A stretch of 64,000 bases of DNA from Candidatus Iainarchaeum sp. (lineage in GTDB: Archaea; Iainarchaeota; Iainarchaeia; Iainarchaeales; JAZDDZ01): positions 1-64,000 of the forward strand of contig JAZDDZ010000042.1 in NCBI GenBank assembly GCA_043809245.1, in the 5' to 3' direction. The notes under the pieces are model-generated. The model searched no databases. It was not told the origin of the DNA and saw only the letters and a program-made list of their open reading frames with translations. Positions within the stretch are counted from its first letter, which is position 1. Each line of letters opens with the position of its first letter. Below are positions 42,453 through 52,740 of the stretch, in pieces. A program made the translations under genes and the position numbers.

Positions 42453-43193
42453 TTACACCAGATTATTCAGTTTTCCCACATAGTAGGGCTTGTCCTCTAC
42501 CGCCCATACCTCGAAATCGGAGAGGCCGCCTTGCAGGAAGGGGCTTAAGGGTTTTTCGCGCAAAAGGCTTGAACCGTAGGCCATTTCACTGAAGGAAGGC
42601 AAAACAATCAGCTGCTTGCCGTTAAATTTTCCCTTTAAGAAGCACTTGAATTGCTCGGCTTTGACGCCTTCACGCAAAGTGATTGAGGGATGCTCGTGGC
42701 CGATGACGAGAGTTTTTGCGAGAGAGAATGCTTTGGTTTTGGGGATTTTGTCGCCGTGAAGCACGAGGATTTTCTGCTTGGAGAAGAAAAGCTCTTCAAG
42801 AATTTCAATGCCCTTCCATTTTGCAATCGGGCCCAAAATGTTGTCATGGTTTCCTTTGATGAGGATTATCTTCTTGCAGTGCATTTGGAGAAACGAGAGA
42901 AAATCAAGGACCTCCGCCCACTCCTGTTCTGAAATTGAGCCGAACTCGTGCTTTAAGTCGCCGTTAACGACAATTGATTCAAGTGAATTGCCTTCGCTTT
43001 CAAGCGCGGAGAAAACCTGCAAAAGCCTTTTCTTTGCATTAGAGAAATTTGTCCGTGGCACAAAAACGCCTTGCTTGTTCAGCATTTCCTCAAAACCCAA
43101 ATGGATGTCGGAAATGATTAGCGTTTTTTCCCGCGGGAAGAAAAGCGAGAGTCCGAGAATGCGCAGGCTTTTGGAGATTTGTTTTTCTTTCAT
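42453..43193 (-). CDS. Metallophosphoesterase (Lhr-associated type)
   Basis: SDIHLG, NGDLKH, GNHD, HGD, GHEHP. Confidence 0.9.
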   Translation of the reverse strand: MKEKQISKSLRILGLSLFFPREKTLIISDIHLGFEEMLNKQGVFVPRTNFSNAKKRLLQVFSALESEGNSLESIVVNGDLKHEFGSISEQEWAEVLDFLSFLQMHCKKIILIKGNHDNILGPIAKWKGIEILEELFFSKQKILVLHGDKIPKTKAFSLAKTLVIGHEHPSITLREGVKAEQFKCFLKGKFNGKQLIVLPSFSEMAYGSSLLREKPLSPFLQGGLSDFEVWAVEDKPYYVGKLNNLV

Positions 43194-43226
43194 AAAAAAA
43201 AACCAAAAAATTAAAGCATAATTGTT

Positions 43227-43442
43227 TTATTCCAGATCTTCCCTTGGCATTTCGCATTGCCTTAGTATTGCAAGCAAAGTGCCGGGGTCAATTTTTTTAT
43301 GGAGCAGAACAACCGTTACAAGAACTCTCGCAGTGGTTATTTTTTTCAGCCGAACATGGCTTCCTTTCCTGCCAACAATTTCAAAGCCCCTCTTTAATAG
43401 AAGTTTTACAATCGTCTTGCCTGAAACAACCGGTAGCTTCAT
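43227..43442 (-). CDS. HicA family toxin
   Basis: MKLPVVSG..GF..KGSHV, GTLLAIL. Confidence 0.85.
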   Translation of the reverse strand: MKLPVVSGKTIVKLLLKRGFEIVGRKGSHVRLKKITTARVLVTVVLLHKKIDPGTLLAILRQCEMPREDLE

Positions 43443-43452
43443 CAGAATCAGT

Positions 43453-43674
43453 TCAGATGCTGACCGCAATTGAGCTTAATTTTGCTTTCTGGAAGTGATT
43501 CTTTGAAAGCCTTTCCTTTACGTCTTCGTCCTCTAAGTAAAGCTCCATTGCTTCCTTTAGGTTCTTAAGCGCACTTTGCTCGGTCTTACCCTGGCTTGCA
43601 ACACCAAGCTCCGGGCACAAGGCGACAAAAGCCACTTCCCCTTTTGTAACAACTGCTGAAAAAGTCCTGTTCAT
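43453..43674 (-). CDS. HicB family antitoxin (short)
   Basis: VALCPELGVASQGKT..AL.NLKEAMELYL. Confidence 0.88.
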   Translation of the reverse strand: MNRTFSAVVTKGEVAFVALCPELGVASQGKTEQSALKNLKEAMELYLEDEDVKERLSKNHFQKAKLSSIAVSI

Positions 43675-43706
43675 TCCATCACTAAATAATTGGTTAAGGG
43701 AAAATT

Positions 43707-46700
43707 TTAACTACTTTCCCTTTGCCTTATTTCCTTCAGAATTTTTTCGTGGATTCTTTTTAAGAATTCCTGCCTTTCCTCCATGCGCATCAAATCCATG
43801 CGCCCCTGCATTGCGAGGTTCAAGGCAAAAGGCGAAGGCATATCTGTTTGAATCTGTTTTACCTTTATGCCGCCTTTTTCAACGGCTTCGATTATTTTTT
43901 GCGCGGACTTGATGTCCATTAAATCCTCAAGGACTTCCCTGCGCGCTTCCTTTAAAATGCAGAAATTAGGGGAAATCTGGCGGACAGAGTTGATGAGCAA
44001 ACGCGAGCTCATTTGCTGCCTTCCCGCGCTCTTGGTTTTGCCCTTATAGGAGCGCAGAATCATCAGGGAACGTGTGGCACAGTGCCTGAACCTCCTCCCC
44101 AAAACCTCGGTGCGGTCAATGGCGCGCTCAAGCAAAATGCGGAGCTCCTGGCTTTTAACCGCTTTTAAGGCAGTGTCCAATGGCATTTTGTGCTCTGAGC
44201 TTAACATGAAGCCGTTGTCTCCCATTGAAAGCTCTATGTCCTTGTGCATCAGCTTTGAAATTGCATAACCGAAGGCGCGGCTTAAGGCGTCGTTAACGCG
44301 CCCGCCGTAAAGGGAATGGAAGATGATGTTTGTCCTTGCACCTTCTTCAAAGCGTTCAATTAAAAGTTTTTTTTCATGCGGGATTTCGGAAAACAAGAAC
44401 TGTTCGCGGAAGTACTCGTAAATTGCGTTCGCTGCCTTTTGCTCAACGTAAAGGAAGGAATTAATGAATTCAAGTATTTCCTTTTTTGATTTTTTTGCCT
44501 TGAGTTTTTGCTCCATCAGATGGCGGAATTTCTGGATTTCCGCGGCCAAGTCAAAGGAAAGGGGAAGCATTTCCGAAAACCACGAGGGAACAGTTGGCGG
44601 GCGCTTGTATGCGACTTCCACTTGCGCTGTCATGCCGGTTGCGTACTTGAAGACATAGCTGTTTCCTCCAAGGACGAAAACATCGCCTTTTTTCAGGCGC
44701 TCCAAAAAGCCTTCATCAATTGTGCCAATCTGCAAGTCCTTTACCTTCACTTTAATGCGCGCTTCATCAGGAATAGTGCCAATGTTTGTCATGTAAATTA
44801 TGCGCGCCATTTTCCCGCGCCTTCCAATCATGCCTGTTTCCCTGTCGTGCCAGATTTTTGCGTAAACATGCCTTACCTCCAAGGAAGCGAATTCGCCGGA
44901 AAGATAGTCAACGACTTCATTGAAGTCTGTTCGCTGCAAGTCGCGGAAGCTATAGCTTTTTTTCACCAAGGCAAAAAGGTCTTTTATGTGAATTTGCTCA
45001 GCAATCGCTATTCCGAAAATCTGCTGCGCAAGGACGTCAAGGCAGTTGCTTGGAATTTGAATGCGGTCAATGCGTTTCTCCAAAGCGTTTTTCAGCAAAA
45101 CGGAGCACTCAATCAGGTCATCGCGGTCTAAGACGATAATTCTGCCTTTCACTTTTTCATGAAGCTGATGCCCGGAGCGCCCCATGCGCTGGATTGCGCG
45201 TGCAACAGATTTAGGAGAGGAGAGAAGCACGACCAAGTCAATGAAGCCGATGTCAATGCCCAATTCAAGCGAGGTGCTGCAATTTTGTGTAATAAAGCCG
45301 TTAGCTATATAATTGTGGTTTTTTTCAACTTCTATATTATACACTGTTTCTGTTTCGCCTCCTTCTTCAATGCTTACTATTTTCTCCCAAAATAATGCAG
45401 AATTAGAGAGGTTTAGCAGGAATTCGTTTTTAGTGCCATAAATATCGATTAAATTTTTTAATTGTTTTCGGGTCGGATTTCTCGTCTCAAGTTCATATTT
45501 TGCTGGATTTGCGCGACCATCGTTCTGCATTTTGTATGTTGACAAGCCTTTTGCAAGCCTTTCTTTTCTGAGTTCTTTTCCAATATTTGGAACGATGTCC
45601 TGGTTGCAATGACCGGCTATATGAAGAACACTTTTGACAAGCGCGATATTTTCCCTGATTGGGTTGATTTTCTCTGCAAACTTCCGCAGATGTTCGCCGC
45701 CAAGAACAACAAGTTCATAAAACCAACCTTTTTTCACTATTTTCCTTCCGTTAAACATTTGCACTTCATCATAATGCCTTGACCTGACTGGCGCCATTAT
45801 CCCTTCCCTGTATAACAACCTTGAAATATTCTCAGCCATCTGCTTGCTTGTGGTTGTAAACCCTGCCGCATATATCCTTTTTTTATCTTTGTTCTCTACA
45901 AAGCCATCGCCATCAAAGTAGCCTGAAAGAAACGAAAACACCTTTTCACTGTCCAGCCTGAAGAAAAATTCCGGCAATTTAATTGTCCTGGCTTTTCTGC
46001 CTTTTGGAAAGCCAAGGTTAGTGAGGAAGTTAGATAAGAATATTGAGTCCCACATCAAAATAGGCGTTCCAGAACTTGACTTTTTTATGCCTGGTTTTTT
46101 ACCTCTAAGGTTGCCGATAAGATTTTCATAATAATCAAGCAATTTTTTATTCCTATTGCTGCAGTATAACGCCCTATCTGAAATATAGCCTTCCGCGGCC
46201 ATGAAACCAAGCAGCCTGAGGAATTCCTTGCTCAAGAGTGGCTTTGGCATAATGTATTTTGAAGAGCTGACCTTCACGATATTTTCAAACATATTACTCC
46301 ATTTCAGTTCAAATTCCCTTTGGATTGTTCTGAGATTTTCTATTTTCATTAAATACTTCCCATTTAAAGAATTCCTGAATTGACTGTATTTTGGGGATAC
46401 AATTTTCTTGTCGTGGAAATCTTTGAGCGTGCCAAACTTTGAAATAATCTTTTCAGCCATCTCTTTTAGGAAAATTGGGCGCATTTTAACGAAACCGCCG
46501 CCAGGATAATTATCGTAGCATAACTTTTCCAATTCCTGTTCAGAAAGCGCATAAAAATTGTTTTCCCTAATTGTCGCGACGAAATCGTTTTTTTTAAGGC
46601 ATCTTGCTTCCTTCCATTCGAGTTTCGAATCGTTAATTGTCATAAACTTGTGGTCAGGAGTGCAGCTAATCTCCTTGCCGAACGCAGTTTTCAGTTTCAA

Positions 46701-47882
46701 GATTTTTTGTCTTCCCACTATTGTTGATTTCGATTTAATTTTATTGTTTTCCAATTCCAGTTTTTCCCCTATGCTTTGCACCATGGTTTCACTGATGTCT
46801 TTGATTGGCTTCCATTCCCCACTTGAGGTTAAGATTTTAGTGTTACCTTCCAGACAAACAACAGCCCTTAACTCGCCGCGCTTAAGCCTTTCCTCAACAT
46901 TAAGGCGGTGCTCGCGGCTTAAGGAAGAATGGTGCGCGCCAATAAGGCCTTCGTATCTGCCTGGAAACTTGTCCTTTAAGTGGTGAACTACGCGTTCGGT
47001 TGCTGAACGCGTGTTAGTGAAAACCAATGTCGTTTTATGCGCCTGAATTAGGGAATCGAGGGTTTCGTAAAGCGCTTCGTGAATCTGTTGGGGGGAAACG
47101 CCTATAAGCGATGGGAGCGGGGAAATAACTTTCAGGTCCATTTTTTTGAGGAATGAAACGTCCACGACTTTGCAGTTGCGCGGGGTTTTTTCATTCTCCA
47201 TTCCCACGAGGAAGTTTGCGACTTTTTCCAGCGGAGCAACCGTGGCAGACAAGCCGATGCGCGTCATTTCAGGGGCAAGAAGCTGCAGGCGTTCAAGGGA
47301 AAGCGAGAGGTGGACGCCGCGCTTGTTTTCTGCGAGCGCATGAACTTCGTCAATGATGCACCATTTCACGGAGCGCAGGTTTTCCCTGAACTTTGGCGCG
47401 TTAAGGATGATTGCCAAAGATTCGGGGGTTAAAATTAAAATGTTTGGCGGCTTTCTTAGCATGGCTGCCCTTTTTGAGGCAGGGGTATCACCAGTTCTGA
47501 CTGCAACACTTACATCAATTTTTTTTCCATGCTTTTTCGCAAGTTCTATTATTTCCTTGAGTGGTCCGTTTAAGTTGCGCTCAATGTCATTAGACAGGGC
47601 TCTCAAAGGAGAAATATAAACACAGTATACTTTGTTTTCAAGTTGATTGTTCTCTGATAGAAAGATTAATTCGTTTAAAATCGCAGTAAACGCCGCAAGC
47701 GTTTTACCTGTTCCGGTCTCAGCACTTACCAGCGTATTTTGCCTCAAATGAATGCTGGGAATGGCGTAAAGCTGGGGTTCAGTAAAAGAACCGAAAGTTT
47801 TCTTGAACCATTCAGCTAAGACTGGATTAAGCATTTTAAATAAATCTTCATTGGAGTATTTTGGTGTTTCAAATTCAATCAT
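43707..47882 (-). CDS. Lhr-core ATP-dependent helicase with intein
   Basis: AETGTGKT, DEVH, SAT, HHSSLS, STSLELGIDIG, QRMGRSGH. Confidence 0.95.
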   Translation of the reverse strand: MIEFETPKYSNEDLFKMLNPVLAEWFKKTFGSFTEPQLYAIPSIHLRQNTLVSAETGTGKTLAAFTAILNELIFLSENNQLENKVYCVYISPLRALSNDIERNLNGPLKEIIELAKKHGKKIDVSVAVRTGDTPASKRAAMLRKPPNILILTPESLAIILNAPKFRENLRSVKWCIIDEVHALAENKRGVHLSLSLERLQLLAPEMTRIGLSATVAPLEKVANFLVGMENEKTPRNCKVVDVSFLKKMDLKVISPLPSLIGVSPQQIHEALYETLDSLIQAHKTTLVFTNTRSATERVVHHLKDKFPGRYEGLIGAHHSSLSREHRLNVEERLKRGELRAVVCLEGNTKILTSSGEWKPIKDISETMVQSIGEKLELENNKIKSKSTIVGRQKILKLKTAFGKEISCTPDHKFMTINDSKLEWKEARCLKKNDFVATIRENNFYALSEQELEKLCYDNYPGGGFVKMRPIFLKEMAEKIISKFGTLKDFHDKKIVSPKYSQFRNSLNGKYLMKIENLRTIQREFELKWSNMFENIVKVSSSKYIMPKPLLSKEFLRLLGFMAAEGYISDRALYCSNRNKKLLDYYENLIGNLRGKKPGIKKSSSGTPILMWDSIFLSNFLTNLGFPKGRKARTIKLPEFFFRLDSEKVFSFLSGYFDGDGFVENKDKKRIYAAGFTTTSKQMAENISRLLYREGIMAPVRSRHYDEVQMFNGRKIVKKGWFYELVVLGGEHLRKFAEKINPIRENIALVKSVLHIAGHCNQDIVPNIGKELRKERLAKGLSTYKMQNDGRANPAKYELETRNPTRKQLKNLIDIYGTKNEFLLNLSNSALFWEKIVSIEEGGETETVYNIEVEKNHNYIANGFITQNCSTSLELGIDIGFIDLVVLLSSPKSVARAIQRMGRSGHQLHEKVKGRIIVLDRDDLIECSVLLKNALEKRIDRIQIPSNCLDVLAQQIFGIAIAEQIHIKDLFALVKKSYSFRDLQRTDFNEVVDYLSGEFASLEVRHVYAKIWHDRETGMIGRRGKMARIIYMTNIGTIPDEARIKVKVKDLQIGTIDEGFLERLKKGDVFVLGGNSYVFKYATGMTAQVEVAYKRPPTVPSWFSEMLPLSFDLAAEIQKFRHLMEQKLKAKKSKKEILEFINSFLYVEQKAANAIYEYFREQFLFSEIPHEKKLLIERFEEGARTNIIFHSLYGGRVNDALSRAFGYAISKLMHKDIELSMGDNGFMLSSEHKMPLDTALKAVKSQELRILLERAIDRTEVLGRRFRHCATRSLMILRSYKGKTKSAGRQQMSSRLLINSVRQISPNFCILKEARREVLEDLMDIKSAQKIIEAVEKGGIKVKQIQTDMPSPFALNLAMQGRMDLMRMEERQEFLKRIHEKILKEIRQRESS
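45282..46856 (-). mobile_element. Intein (525 aa) with LAGLIDADG homing endonuclease in Lhr
   Basis: VV|CLEGNTKI ... TPDH ... VYNIEV..NHNYIANGFITQN|CSTS; LLGFMAAEG and FLSGYFDGDG motifs. Confidence 0.93.
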
Positions 47883-49045
47883 CCATTATTCACCTTGTTC
47901 GCAGCAAGCATTATCTTTTCGGCAACATCTTGGGCCCAGCCATTTCTAAAGTCAGTTGTTATACTTATTACCTTCGGCTTAACTTGGTCAATCAATTTTT
48001 TAACCCAATTATTCTTGAGCCATTCTTCATTGAACACAACAAAAAATAAGTTAGCCTCTTTTTTTGTTACCCTCAAGAAACCTTCGCAAAGCCGTCCATT
48101 TATGTGCATTCCTTCCGAATGCGGGCTGTTTTTGTTCCCGTTTGGGGGCATTATATTAGTTATTTCTATCTGCGCATTACAAAAATCAAGAAGTATGTCT
48201 CCTTCCCTTTGCCTCATTCGGGGAAGCTTTATGTTTACCCCTTTTTTAACCAATGCATCAGCCAGCTCTCTTTCTTCCCTTGTGCTGAAAAATTTGGAAA
48301 TATCAATGTTGAGCTCTTTTTTAGACACAAAGGCCCTATAAGAGATATTTCGTTTGCCATTTTTGAATATTTCTATCTCCTTTTTTGTCAAAAAAGAACT
48401 GTCAATTGAAATGTAAGCAAGCGGGCGCCCTTCGGGATTTTTGTAGAGGTTTAACCGCTTTCCCTTCGGGCTTTTTCTTATAATGAAATCCCCCGACGAA
48501 TCTCTTTTCAAAGCTATTTTCTCTTTCCTGTTAGCAATCTCTTCAAATATTCTGTTGCGAACCGAAAACCTGTACGCTGATGCCGATTTTGACCTAAAAC
48601 AGCAGATGGAACATCCACAATCAATTTTTTCATTGTCAGGGATTGGCTTTAGCTTGTTTTCCGGCAATACTGATTTGGGTTGGTTATTGTATTCCCTTAA
48701 CGCCTCTTTTGAAATAAAACCCTCAACCAGCACTTTTACCCTATCCTGCTTTTTTGACGCAATCAGGCTATTTTTGAGTTTTTCAGGGATAATTTTTGCA
48801 ACTGAAAAAACGCAAAGCGGATGACCCCTATTTTGCCGTTCAATCACAATTTTCTTATTTCCCCCGCTTTTTATTACAAAGATGTTATTTTTGAATTCCA
48901 ATGAAACAACGACAATATTTTTGTTCAAGAGAAACCTGGCGAAAGGAGTGGAATATACTGTAAGAGCGAAACTATTCCCTTTATATCTTACCCCGCCATT
49001 ACAGGAAAAAATTATGCCCATATTTACCACACAATAAGATAGCAT
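47879..49045 (-). CDS. Hypothetical protein, possible C-terminal PD-(D/E)XK nuclease domain
   Basis: ERELADAL...EGDILL...QIEIT; overlaps Lhr start (ATGA). Confidence 0.5.
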   Translation of the reverse strand: MLSYCVVNMGIIFSCNGGVRYKGNSFALTVYSTPFARFLLNKNIVVVSLEFKNNIFVIKSGGNKKIVIERQNRGHPLCVFSVAKIIPEKLKNSLIASKKQDRVKVLVEGFISKEALREYNNQPKSVLPENKLKPIPDNEKIDCGCSICCFRSKSASAYRFSVRNRIFEEIANRKEKIALKRDSSGDFIIRKSPKGKRLNLYKNPEGRPLAYISIDSSFLTKKEIEIFKNGKRNISYRAFVSKKELNIDISKFFSTREERELADALVKKGVNIKLPRMRQREGDILLDFCNAQIEITNIMPPNGNKNSPHSEGMHINGRLCEGFLRVTKKEANLFFVVFNEEWLKNNWVKKLIDQVKPKVISITTDFRNGWAQDVAEKIMLAANKVNNG

Positions 49046-49261
49046 CTAAGAAAAATTTGTCTGTAATAATAACATGCGGTTCACGCATTAATAAAGCTGC
49101 CGAAGGAGTGTGTTTCCGCTGCCAATTTAGGGCTATTTATACATAACCTATTCGCTGTTTAGGTGAAATGCGCCCTTGTAAATAGTTGGAATAAAAATGG
49201 TTTTTAAAAGGAAGGCATTTAGCGCCCAAAAAACAAGTTGAATTACAAATTTCGTTTAGCT

Positions 49262-49504
49262 TTAATCTTCGGGGAAGTATTTTTTGTTGAAGCAGTCATC
49301 GCACATTCCATCGTGCCAGTCATTATTGTGCGCTGAGATTTTTGCATTGCATTCCCTGCAGTTATAGTCCATGTCTTCAGTGTTTTTCTTGTGGATGGTT
49401 TTCATTTTTTCCTCCATTTCCCTTGAATCCATTGTTTGGTGAAAGCTTCCTTTGGACCAGAACGCGTCTTCCTTTTTCTCTTTCACTTTCTTTTTATAGG
49501 CCAT
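49262..49504 (-). CDS. Small zinc-finger protein
   Basis: CREC...H...CDDC. Confidence 0.6.
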   Translation of the reverse strand: MAYKKKVKEKKEDAFWSKGSFHQTMDSREMEEKMKTIHKKNTEDMDYNCRECNAKISAHNNDWHDGMCDDCFNKKYFPED

Positions 49505-49508
49505 CAGA

Positions 49509-50426
49509 TTAACCTCCTTTTACTCTTTCTTTTGCTTTGTCAAAGATTTCTTGGAATTTTAATTCCATGCCAGCCAGCCTTTGCGGAATGTTTAGCTCTT
49601 CAGGATGTTCTCCATTCTTTAGTTTTCCAACAATGCTTTCTACAAATTTTTTGGTGAATTCCTCGTATTCGTCATTGTAAAGGCATTCTGCATGGCCGTA
49701 CTCGCAAGCTAATTCTTCTTTGTCCTTTCTTTCACAAACGGCACATTTTCGGAAAAAAATTTCGTTCAAGTGATACTCGAACCCGGGAAATTGCTTTGCC
49801 AGAATGTTATACTGGTTATCCAAAGCCCATTCCTCGCCGTTTTTGGCTTTAAGAGCCTCAACCTCCATTAAAACGTTTTTCCATTCGCCGGTTTTTTCAG
49901 CTTTTTCAACAAAGGGGTCTTTGTCAATTTTAATTTTGTCCAATTGACTTGCCGTGTCCTCGAATTCTTTTGTTTCAAGGAATTTTTCAAACGTTGAAAA
50001 AATTTCTTTATAGTGAAATCTTTTTTCCCTTATCATTTTTGCTGCGGAAGGAACACCGCTTATTTCCGCGGATTTTCGGCTTAGCTTTCTTTGAAATGAT
50101 TTTATCTCGCTAAGGGTCTTTGGAGGTTTTTTAAGCAAATTTTTTACCGCAAATTCTTTGAATTCAAAGGGGGTATCCTCAATTTTTTCCATTTTATCCA
50201 TGCAGCATTTTTTGAACTTTTTTCCGCTGCCGCACCAGCATTTATCATTTCTGCCAATAGCCTTTCCCCGATAAATGGGGCCAAACAATTCTTCAAACAA
50301 TTTTTCAATTTTAGCAGGATATTCATCAGGATTCTTTTTCTTTGATTGTTCCAAAGAAAGTATAAAAGCAGCCAATTCTGCGCTTTCCTGCGCAACAATA
50401 TCACTTGTTTGGTCGTTTAATCTCAT
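49509..50426 (-). CDS. SEC-C motif-containing protein
   Basis: GRNDKCWCGSGKKFKKCC. Confidence 0.8.
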   Translation of the reverse strand: MRLNDQTSDIVAQESAELAAFILSLEQSKKKNPDEYPAKIEKLFEELFGPIYRGKAIGRNDKCWCGSGKKFKKCCMDKMEKIEDTPFEFKEFAVKNLLKKPPKTLSEIKSFQRKLSRKSAEISGVPSAAKMIREKRFHYKEIFSTFEKFLETKEFEDTASQLDKIKIDKDPFVEKAEKTGEWKNVLMEVEALKAKNGEEWALDNQYNILAKQFPGFEYHLNEIFFRKCAVCERKDKEELACEYGHAECLYNDEYEEFTKKFVESIVGKLKNGEHPEELNIPQRLAGMELKFQEIFDKAKERVKGG

Positions 50427-50731
50427 TACAAAAGACTGTATGAATAAGTTAAAAAGATTATTTGGTGCTAGGGCCTCACATCAGCAGCCTGCACACGTTA
50501 ACCCCTGTATTCGGCTTTAAAACCGTGAACCCGTTAACCTGAAAACAATCCACGCCATTCTTCAAATAAGAAGGCTTCAACAACTCGGCTAACTCTTGCA
50601 TTTTAACACGAAAAGAATTCGGGGGTTAAGTGATATTTAAAGGAATTGTTCAATGCGTTTGAATTGATTGAACCGTTGCAACAGCAACAATTATATATGA
50701 AAAAGCGGTTGTATATTTAGAGAATATATAT

Positions 50732-51118
50732 ATGAAAAGTATACTTTTAGCTTTACTTGTCTTCATTATCCTATTTTCAGGTTGCTCAATTAAGAACTAT
50801 ACCGAAAAAGAATGTGAAGATAAAAGCACGCCTGAACTAAAAGAACAGTGTTACCTAGATTTTGCAAAAAAAGATTCTGATACCAGCTATTGCAACCAAT
50901 TGCAGTATAAAAGTTTTAAAGATAGATGCGCACACGAAGTAGAATGTTATACTGCGTGGATTAAATCGGGTTCTCCGACTAAGATACAAAATCTAAATGA
51001 CCAACAAGAAGTTTTCACACACTTGCAACAATGCGCTGTTTTTGAAAAAAACACTATAAATTCTTGTGATGATGTTTACCCAAATGCTTGCCCTGACGTA
51101 GTTGGTTCTTATGGTTGA
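50732..51118 (+). CDS. Cys-rich putative lipoprotein
   Basis: LFSGC lipobox; C..KEQCY..C..KDRC repeat. Confidence 0.7.
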   Translation: MKSILLALLVFIILFSGCSIKNYTEKECEDKSTPELKEQCYLDFAKKDSDTSYCNQLQYKSFKDRCAHEVECYTAWIKSGSPTKIQNLNDQQEVFTHLQQCAVFEKNTINSCDDVYPNACPDVVGSYG

Positions 51119-52070
51119 AGCTAAAACCGTTGGTTGGATTATTGCCTTAATTTTTATTGTGGTTTTTGTTTATTTTCTTGCTTTTGGAATAAAGTTTGTT
51201 GATTGTGAGGATGGCGGTGGTTTAACTTTAAATCCGCAGGATTGCTTAAAAGTCTGGTGTTCTTCGCTTAACAAGCGGGTCAACATCAACGCCGGGGAAC
51301 TCTGCACTTCTTCAATGTGCCCTGATGGCGTAACGAAAACGATGAATCTGACTGATTGCCCAAAGTATCATTGCAATAATGGGTTAGAGGTTGACTCGCC
51401 AAACAAATGCGCCAAGTTTACTTGCATGGATGGAAACGCAGTAGAGGACTTAAACCAATGCAAAGAGTATTGCGCGCAAACAACTGATTGTACTCCCGAA
51501 AAAGCCAGGGTAACATCTTGCTTTGGTAAAATGGCTTGCGAGTCAAGCAAATGTGTTTGGAAGTGCGAAAGCGCTTTTACTAGTGCGAAAATAGATGAAA
51601 TTGCGTTATCTCTCGAAGAGCTTGTTGGCGAGCATTTTAGTGAACAGGATGCAAAAAAAATAATTGAAACCACAGATTTTAATCAATTAACTGGTTCTTT
51701 CGACAATAAGAGGGATAAAATCTCTTTTTTCCAGTTGGTTAGAGTGCTGAACAAAGGCCAGGATAAGACACAATTTGCTAATTCATTTAATTCAATGGTT
51801 AACCAATCAATTGAATCCGGCAATGAGGCTTTTGGAAGCTTTAACTTGGGCGAGGATTCTTTTGCAACAAAAATTTCTTCAGAAAAAATAGCTCAAAGCA
51901 TGCCTTTCCCTGCAGAAATTAAGCCAAACTTGGTTTATGGTGGAGCTTATGCTTTGTTATTCAGAAAATCAAATGTAATAGTAGTTTTACTAGTCATTGC
52001 GGAAAACAATGAAAGCGCAACCAATTTTTTCAACAACTATGCGACAATGATTGAATCAAGAATTAGTTAG
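51111..52070 (+). CDS. Membrane-anchored Cys-rich surface protein
   Basis: N-terminal TM, repeated C-x-DG-x6-C units. Confidence 0.7.
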   Translation: MVEAKTVGWIIALIFIVVFVYFLAFGIKFVDCEDGGGLTLNPQDCLKVWCSSLNKRVNINAGELCTSSMCPDGVTKTMNLTDCPKYHCNNGLEVDSPNKCAKFTCMDGNAVEDLNQCKEYCAQTTDCTPEKARVTSCFGKMACESSKCVWKCESAFTSAKIDEIALSLEELVGEHFSEQDAKKIIETTDFNQLTGSFDNKRDKISFFQLVRVLNKGQDKTQFANSFNSMVNQSIESGNEAFGSFNLGEDSFATKISSEKIAQSMPFPAEIKPNLVYGGAYALLFRKSNVIVVLLVIAENNESATNFFNNYATMIESRIS

Positions 52071-52074
52071 AGCA

Positions 52075-52227
52075 TTATTTTTTTCTTTTTGCTTTTTTTT
52101 CTTGTGATTCAAAGTGGGCGATTTTTCTCGGATGGCCTTGTGGGTTGTATTCTATTCCTTTTTCGTATGTTTTTGTTTTTAACTTGGCTATGGCCGAGTC
52201 GAAGGCATCTTGAATTTTTTTTGGCAT
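52075..52227 (-). CDS. Small basic hypothetical protein (50 aa)
   Basis: Manual translation MPKKIQDAFDSAIAKLK...KRKK*. Confidence 0.35.
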   Translation of the reverse strand: MPKKIQDAFDSAIAKLKTKTYEKGIEYNPQGHPRKIAHFESQEKKAKRKK

Positions 52228-52257
52228 GAACACCACTTTAAAAAAAAAGGTTTTTTT

Positions 52258-52659
52258 TCATTTTTTCTTTTTCTTTGCTTTCTTTTTGGGGGTTTTTTTT
52301 GGTTTTAGTGTTTTTTTATTTATGCTTTTTAATTGTTTTTTTAGTTCGTCCATTTGTTTTTTGATTTCTTTTTTTTGCTCTTGTTTCATTTGTGCTATGT
52401 CTTCTTCGGTTGCAAGCTTTGTCCTGAACAAGGATTCTCCGAGCATTCGCCTGTATGTTTGCTGGAATTGGGGTAAATTGCATTTCCCAAGCATTAAAGC
52501 ATTTCTAATGCGGATAACGTCTTTCCTGAACTCGGGGTCAGAAAACCACTGCTCAGTGGCAATCTGTTTCACAAGCATTGATTTGGCTAGGTCTTCAAAG
52601 ATTTTCGGCTGCTTAAAGAACTCTTTCGCCAACGCCTGCTTTTCTTCATCCGACATCAT
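52258..52659 (-). CDS. Hypothetical protein with Lys-rich tail
   Basis: ORF only. Confidence 0.55.
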   Translation of the reverse strand: MMSDEEKQALAKEFFKQPKIFEDLAKSMLVKQIATEQWFSDPEFRKDVIRIRNALMLGKCNLPQFQQTYRRMLGESLFRTKLATEEDIAQMKQEQKKEIKKQMDELKKQLKSINKKTLKPKKTPKKKAKKKKK

Positions 52660-52740
52660 AAAATTAAACCTGAAAGAATAATGCAAAACGTTTATAAATA
52701 CCTTTCGCATTTAATGTATTACTTTAAGAGGTGTGCTTTG

